Shown piece after piece: positions 58,868 through 64,000 of a DNA stretch of 64,000 bases. The stretch lies in contig CAVNZM010000010.1 of NCBI GenBank assembly GCA_963693365.1, positions 8,805,794 through 8,869,793 of the forward strand, in the 5' to 3' direction. The DNA is from Amoebidium appalachense (taxonomy: Eukaryota > Protista > Ichthyosporea). The notes beneath the pieces are model-generated. The model did not search any database. It saw only the letters and a list, made by a program, of their open reading frames with translations, and was not told the DNA's origin. Positions within the stretch are counted from its first letter, which is position 1. Each line of letters begins with the position of its first letter. The translations under genes were made by a program, and so were the position numbers.

Positions 58868-60454
58868 ATGGCATGGTGGCTTGTTGCCGCGTGTGCGGTC
58901 CTTTTAGGACCACTGCACACCGAGGGCGCCCCCGCCGATGCTGGGGTGGGCTACAAGAACGGAGACTTTGCGCTGGAGGGCTACTTGTACAGCCCAAAGG
59001 GGGAAGGCAAGGCCCCGGCCGTGGTTGTGCTGCCGGACTGGGACGGAGTTAACGCCTACGAGCAAAAACGCGCACAGATGTTGGCCGACTTGGGCTATGT
59101 CGGGTTTGCTGCGGACATATACGGCAAGGACAAGCACGAGGTCACAGACATGCAGGAGAGAATCAAGCTGACCACCATGTACCGCAGCGACCCCAAACTG
59201 TTCAACTCGCGCATACAGGCAGCCGTGGAAACGGTCAGGAACCTCACCGAGGTGGACCCCACACGCGTGGCCGTTATTGGCTACTGCTTTGGCGGCACAG
59301 GCGTGCTCAATTACGCCATCAGTGGTGCTAATGTTAGTGGTGTCGTCAGCTTCCACGGGGGGCTCACACAGAGGATGATGGTTGACAACAAAACCGCCAT
59401 TCCCGCTAAGGTGCTGGTGCTATCGGGCGGGGACGACGACGCACACAGCGACGTAGCCAAGTTGGAGAACGAGCTGAACGCGGTCAACACAACGTGGGAG
59501 ATGACGAGATACTCCAAGGTCGTGCACGGGTTTACGGCACCTGGGCCGGGCTACAACAAGCGCGCAGACGAACGGTCGTGGGAGAGCATGAAGCTGTTCC
59601 TTGTGGAACTGTTTAACCCTAAAAGCCACAGCGTTCAGCCAACCAGCCCCCCGGCCAGCGTGGCGGGGGTTAAGACTGTGGATTACAAAGATGGGGACTT
59701 TGAGCTGGCCGGGTTTTTGGCCCAGCCGGAGGTGATGGCCCGCAGCGGGGAGAAGGTGCCGGCCGTGGTGGTTGTTCCGGACTGGGACGGCCTCAACGAC
59801 TACGAGAAGAAGCGGGTACAGATGTTTGCCGACCTGGGCCTGGTTGGGTTTGGGGCGGACATATACGGCAAGGGCAAGCACGAGGTTACAGACGTGCAGG
59901 AGAGGATTAAACTTACCTCTATGTACCGCGGTGACCCCAAGCTGTTCAACCAGCGCATACAGGCGGCCATCAAGACGGTTCTAGCACAGCCCAACGTCGA
60001 CCCGAACCGTATTGCACTGGTGGGCTACTGCTTCGGCGGCACGGGGGTCCTCAACTATGCCATCAGCGGCAAGAGCGACGTCAAGGGGGTGATTAGTTTC
60101 CACGGCGGGCTGACTAAGAGGATGATGGTGCAGAACGGCACCAACATCACCGCCAGCATCCTGTTGCTGTCTGGTGGCAGTGATGATGCGCAGACAGACA
60201 TCAACGCACTCGAGCTGGAGCTCAACTCAGTTAACGCCACGTGGGAGATGACAAGATACTCGGGGGTACCCCACGCCTTCACCGTGTGGGATGCACAGGG
60301 CGCATACACCCCCCGTGCAGACATGCGCTCCTGGGCCAGTATGGAGGACTTCCTGTCTACTCTGTTTGGTTTGGACCTGAGAAGTCCGGAGCCCATGCCT
60401 TCAGATGGGCCGGCATTTTTCGATTTTTTAGATGAGATGGGCCTAGAGTGGTAG
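58868..60454 (+). CDS. Secreted dienelactone-hydrolase-family alpha/beta hydrolase with two tandem catalytic domains, intronless, 528 aa
   Basis: Hydrophobic signal-like N-terminus, then two similar domains, each with VVVxPDWDG, GFxADIYGK, nucleophile motif GYCFGG, SFHGGL, LSGGxDD and a His in VHGF/PHAF. Confidence 0.92.
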   Translation: MAWWLVAACAVLLGPLHTEGAPADAGVGYKNGDFALEGYLYSPKGEGKAPAVVVLPDWDGVNAYEQKRAQMLADLGYVGFAADIYGKDKHEVTDMQERIKLTTMYRSDPKLFNSRIQAAVETVRNLTEVDPTRVAVIGYCFGGTGVLNYAISGANVSGVVSFHGGLTQRMMVDNKTAIPAKVLVLSGGDDDAHSDVAKLENELNAVNTTWEMTRYSKVVHGFTAPGPGYNKRADERSWESMKLFLVELFNPKSHSVQPTSPPASVAGVKTVDYKDGDFELAGFLAQPEVMARSGEKVPAVVVVPDWDGLNDYEKKRVQMFADLGLVGFGADIYGKGKHEVTDVQERIKLTSMYRGDPKLFNQRIQAAIKTVLAQPNVDPNRIALVGYCFGGTGVLNYAISGKSDVKGVISFHGGLTKRMMVQNGTNITASILLLSGGSDDAQTDINALELELNSVNATWEMTRYSGVPHAFTVWDAQGAYTPRADMRSWASMEDFLSTLFGLDLRSPEPMPSDGPAFFDFLDEMGLEW

Positions 60455-61176
60455 ATGGGGATTTGTTGGCTCATAATGGGTCACGTTTTAAAATGAGTAC
60501 CGTATGGTGATTTTGAATGTATGTAAGCGGTGAAACCCACCTGAAAGAAGGGTATGAGTGAGTAGTGGTGGTTTGACTCCCCGCGGCTTGCAAGCTTTGC
60601 TGCTCGCACTCGTGCTGTGGGGGCAGCTTTTTCAACTTTAAAGTAATGAAGCTGACAGATAGGCTAGCACCTTCTATACTGGCCGCACAACGACTACGAC
60701 TGCGCCTATAATAACCCTTTAAAGTACAATCTATCCGGCCTTCTGGACCGGCATCTATCTCGATACTGTCTTGCCTTCTAGACTTCGTCAACTCCAAATG
60801 TTATTCCCCCCCCCCCCCCCCCCCCCCCCTTCGCCCACACACACATGTCACACGCCCTTTTTCGAAATTTCTACCACAGTGGGGCTCTACACAGCTGAGG
60901 GGACAAAAGGTCAAGGGGTGGGTGGGTGAGGGGGCGGGGAAGGGGGGGAGGAGGTCGGAGGAGATGGAGCATATGAGATTGGGGCACCACCTGTGGCTGC
61001 TGGCCCGAAGTATGAGTTATGTGAAACAAATATATAGCGCACCCCCCCCCCCCCCCCCACCCCCCCCCCCCCAAAAAAAAAAAAAAGAAAAGAAAAAAAA
61101 GTACCGTATAATACTTCCACTAGTTTTATTTGTTATCAGAGACTCAGTGGTGGTGGTGGTGGGCAGGGTGGGGAAG

Positions 61177-61218
<42 letters not shown>

Positions 61219-61543
61219 GGATAGGATCCAAATCCGAGCCGAGGCCCTAGTGGAAATGATGTTTCAAGTTGGAATAGAACCTCGCAGTGCATTTAAATTA
61301 GGGCCGGGTTTGGGTAAGGCTTTTTTTCTTTTTTTTTTTTTTTTTGGGGGGGGGGGGGGGGGAATATTGCCCACCTCGAGCCCCCAGTCCCTTGGTACCA
61401 CCTATAACCTTTCGTTCAAGCTACCGTGAACAAACCTAGTATTTTGAAGGTTAAGGTTTTTTTTAAAAGGACTTTTAAAGACCCATTTTAAATATTTCTA
61501 CACACATATGAGATCCGACCGGCTCCCCGCACCATATGCATAG

Positions 61544-62022
61544 TTTTTGGGATTTGTTGCATTGGCTGGTCATGGGGGTTATAATTATGTTATGGGTGGG
61601 GTTACTGCCCAGGCCTGGATTAATGAAGAGATTGCCAAGAAGTTCTGTAAAAAAAGGGCCATGGAGGACGTGGGTGGGTGCTTTTTTTCCCCCACCTTTC
61701 TTTTCGTTTGCAAGGGCGGCCCGCAGAGGGGGGGGGTGAAGGGGGGGGGGGGGGGGGAGGGGGGAGGGGAGGGGGGGGGGGGGGGAGAAGGGGGGGGGGG
61801 GGGGGGGGGGAGAAGGGGGGGGGGGGGGGGCTGTACAGGAGGTTTTATGTGGTACCAAGGGATTACGGACCCGCGTGGGAATTGTCTTGGCCTGCAAGTT
61901 CGCCCGTTTACGTTACGGCTCCAAATCTGTTATACTAAAATTGCTATCGACTCCCTACTTCTCATGGTTTTATTACGCCTTCATCTACGTGTACACCGTG
62001 GCACCCACACTACTTCTCATGT
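61544..62022 (+). other. Possible exon or pseudogene fragments of unknown identity
   Basis: Blocks bounded by AG/GT join in phase (...WINEEIAKKFCKKRAMED|EVLCGTKGLRTRVGIVLACKFARLRYG...FSWFYYAFIYVYTV). No start, end or family was recognised. Confidence 0.2.
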
Positions 62023-62714
62023 GTAACTTGCAGGACCCCCCCCCCCCCCCCCCCCCTGTCCGCACCATATCCGGCACCGGTGCCGTGTAAAGCACACCCA
62101 TACAGACGCACAACTTGTGACCACAGACACATATGCCAGCAAAACACGCACGCACAAACCCCCATCTCCCATACACTGGAGACACACAGCCACACACACA
62201 CACACGTACACACACACATGCACACCCGACACACACGCGTGACACACACACGTGTTACTGTACACACACACACACACACACATACACACAAACAACACAC
62301 ACACACACACGCACACACACTGCATATACAATACACACATTCACACACACACACACGCTCAAGTTACTCAACTGGTTCCCTCCCTCCCCCCCTCCCTCCT
62401 TTTTTTTTCACGCTTGCGGCTCCCCTAGGCCCATGGCCCCACACTAAATCTTATATATATAATAATCCAAGGCTCACCTTTAATAATGTACCAATTTAGC
62501 CACAAAGCCACTGGTCTTGATAATAGTTATGCCATTTTTGCAATGTATTTTGAGTCACTGTGTTTATAATGTTAATTAACTCCCTTTTATCGATCATTTT
62601 TCTCCTGCCTCTCTCCCCCTCAGCCTCTCCCGCCCCCTCCCCCCTTCCCCCCCTCGGCCCCTGCAACCCCCCGGCTCTCTCTCTCTCTCTCCCCCCCCCC
62701 AACCCCCCGAGCCT

Positions 62715-62756
<42 letters not shown>

Positions 62757-63358
62757 CCCCCCGCCCAGCCACTCTTGCACCCGAAGGGCCCACTGCAAAT
62801 GCAAGCATCCAGCCCCTGCCCCCCCCTTCCCCCCCCCCCCCCCCCCCCCCCCCCCCCGCTTCCCCTCTCCCTTCCCCCCCCCCCCCCCCCCCCACCACCA
62901 CCACCACCACCACCACCACCCCCCCCCTCCCCCCCCCCCCCCCCCCCCCCCCCACCCTCCTCCTTCGAGATCCCCTTTCATACATGCCTCCCCCCTTCTC
63001 CCCAAAGAGAAAAAAAATGTGGAGGGGGAAAAAACACCCGGTCCACGTACACGTCCTCCACGGTCCTCTTCGCAATTCACTCCTCTTACCCAGGCAGTCA
63101 TCCCACCCCCCACACAATGCCCAGGACACTGGACCCGCCGATGAATTTCGCAACTTTCGCTGTGCGCTTCGGTACACAGAAGCGTACAGCTTGACACAGC
63201 TGACCCATTTGTGTATCATTATAATTGCCAGTGGCGGCTCTATGGGTGTACGGTGAGGTTTTTTTCCCACTCTTCTGGGAATTAACGGATCCGTTAAGGA
63301 GAAGGAGGAGGAGAAGGAGGGAGGGAGGGGGGGGGGGGGGGGGAGGGGAGGGGACGGA

Positions 63359-63396
<38 letters not shown>

Positions 63397-63519
63397 GGGG
63401 GGGAAGATTTCTGCTCATATACGAGGACCGGGGCCAAGAACCGGCAAGGCCTTCTTCTACTCGTGCACGTGTTTGTCCCAGACCTGAATCTAGGCCAGAT
63501 CAGGCCAGATCTATGGTAA

Positions 63520-63880
63520 TCTGTTCTAGCCAATCACACACTAGGGTCGAATCTTGATGCAGATCGGCCCAGATCCGCCGCTCTCAGCACCAATCGATGA
63601 TAACTTTTTATAGTTTCCAAATCACCCCTGACAGTTAGTACTGCAGAAATCCTACGCCGCGCCAGGTCGAGTGGACTATAATCGTATAAATACGGGCGGT
63701 CATCTCCTAGCAGTGAAATTTCTGCATCGTGCGCAATATTGCTGTAGTGGACTTGACAGAACTTCTTGGGAACGCGGGAATCTCAGATGCTTTTCGGCTA
63801 CCAATCAGATAATGGCAGCCAGATCCAGCTCCACCAATCACAATCGCAGGCGCACTGCGCACCCAACTATATAAACAGGC
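63520..63880 (+). promoter_or_regulatory. Possible promoter of a gene beyond the window end
   Basis: Several CCAATC boxes, repeated CCAGATC words and CTATATAAA at ~63867 in microsatellite-free sequence. Confidence 0.3.
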
Positions 63881-64000
63881 CGAGCTGCACACATTTTTCA
63901 GTTGCATTTCAGTTCTGTGCATAATCCGCTCATACCCCCTGACACCAAACACACCCCACCATGCACAGATCAATGTTTTTTGCCTCTGTTATTGTAGCCG

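Noticed and set aside
58904-60474. Antisense ORFs over the hydrolase gene (and similar ones over 29717-30525 and 46064-47660)
   Set aside because: Shadow frames expected from GC-rich codon usage of the sense gene.

Overview
Eukaryotic genomic DNA with intron-rich genes. The gene content suggests a unicellular holozoan such as an ichthyosporean, which is inference only. Introns are filled with (CA)n/(TG)n microsatellites and poly-G/poly-C tracts, so most entries in the ORF track are repeat artefacts. Gene models assembled by hand from splice sites and recognisable protein motifs: SCOC (+, 5'-partial), HUS1 (-, 7 exons), an intronless Pcl/Pho80-type cyclin (-), MYCBP/AMY-1 (-, 5 exons), a Q/P-rich protein ending in a transposase-like HTH region (+), an F-box/LRR protein (+, about 9 exons), macoilin/TMEM57 (+, 4 exons), UBE2J1/Ubc6 (-, 8 exons) and an intronless secreted two-domain dienelactone-hydrolase-family enzyme (+). 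Mobile DNA comprises a structured ~300-bp intronic repeat family whose fixed end abuts G/C homopolymer tracts (3 copies and a fragment), two copies of a ~0.9-1.0-kb poly(A)-type non-autonomous retroelement (one with an 8-bp TSD), and three MITE candidates. The most notable signals are splice sites formed by microsatellite ends, the homopolymer-anchored intronic element and a possible domesticated transposase DNA-binding domain. Protein identities come from recalled family motifs; no database searches were run.
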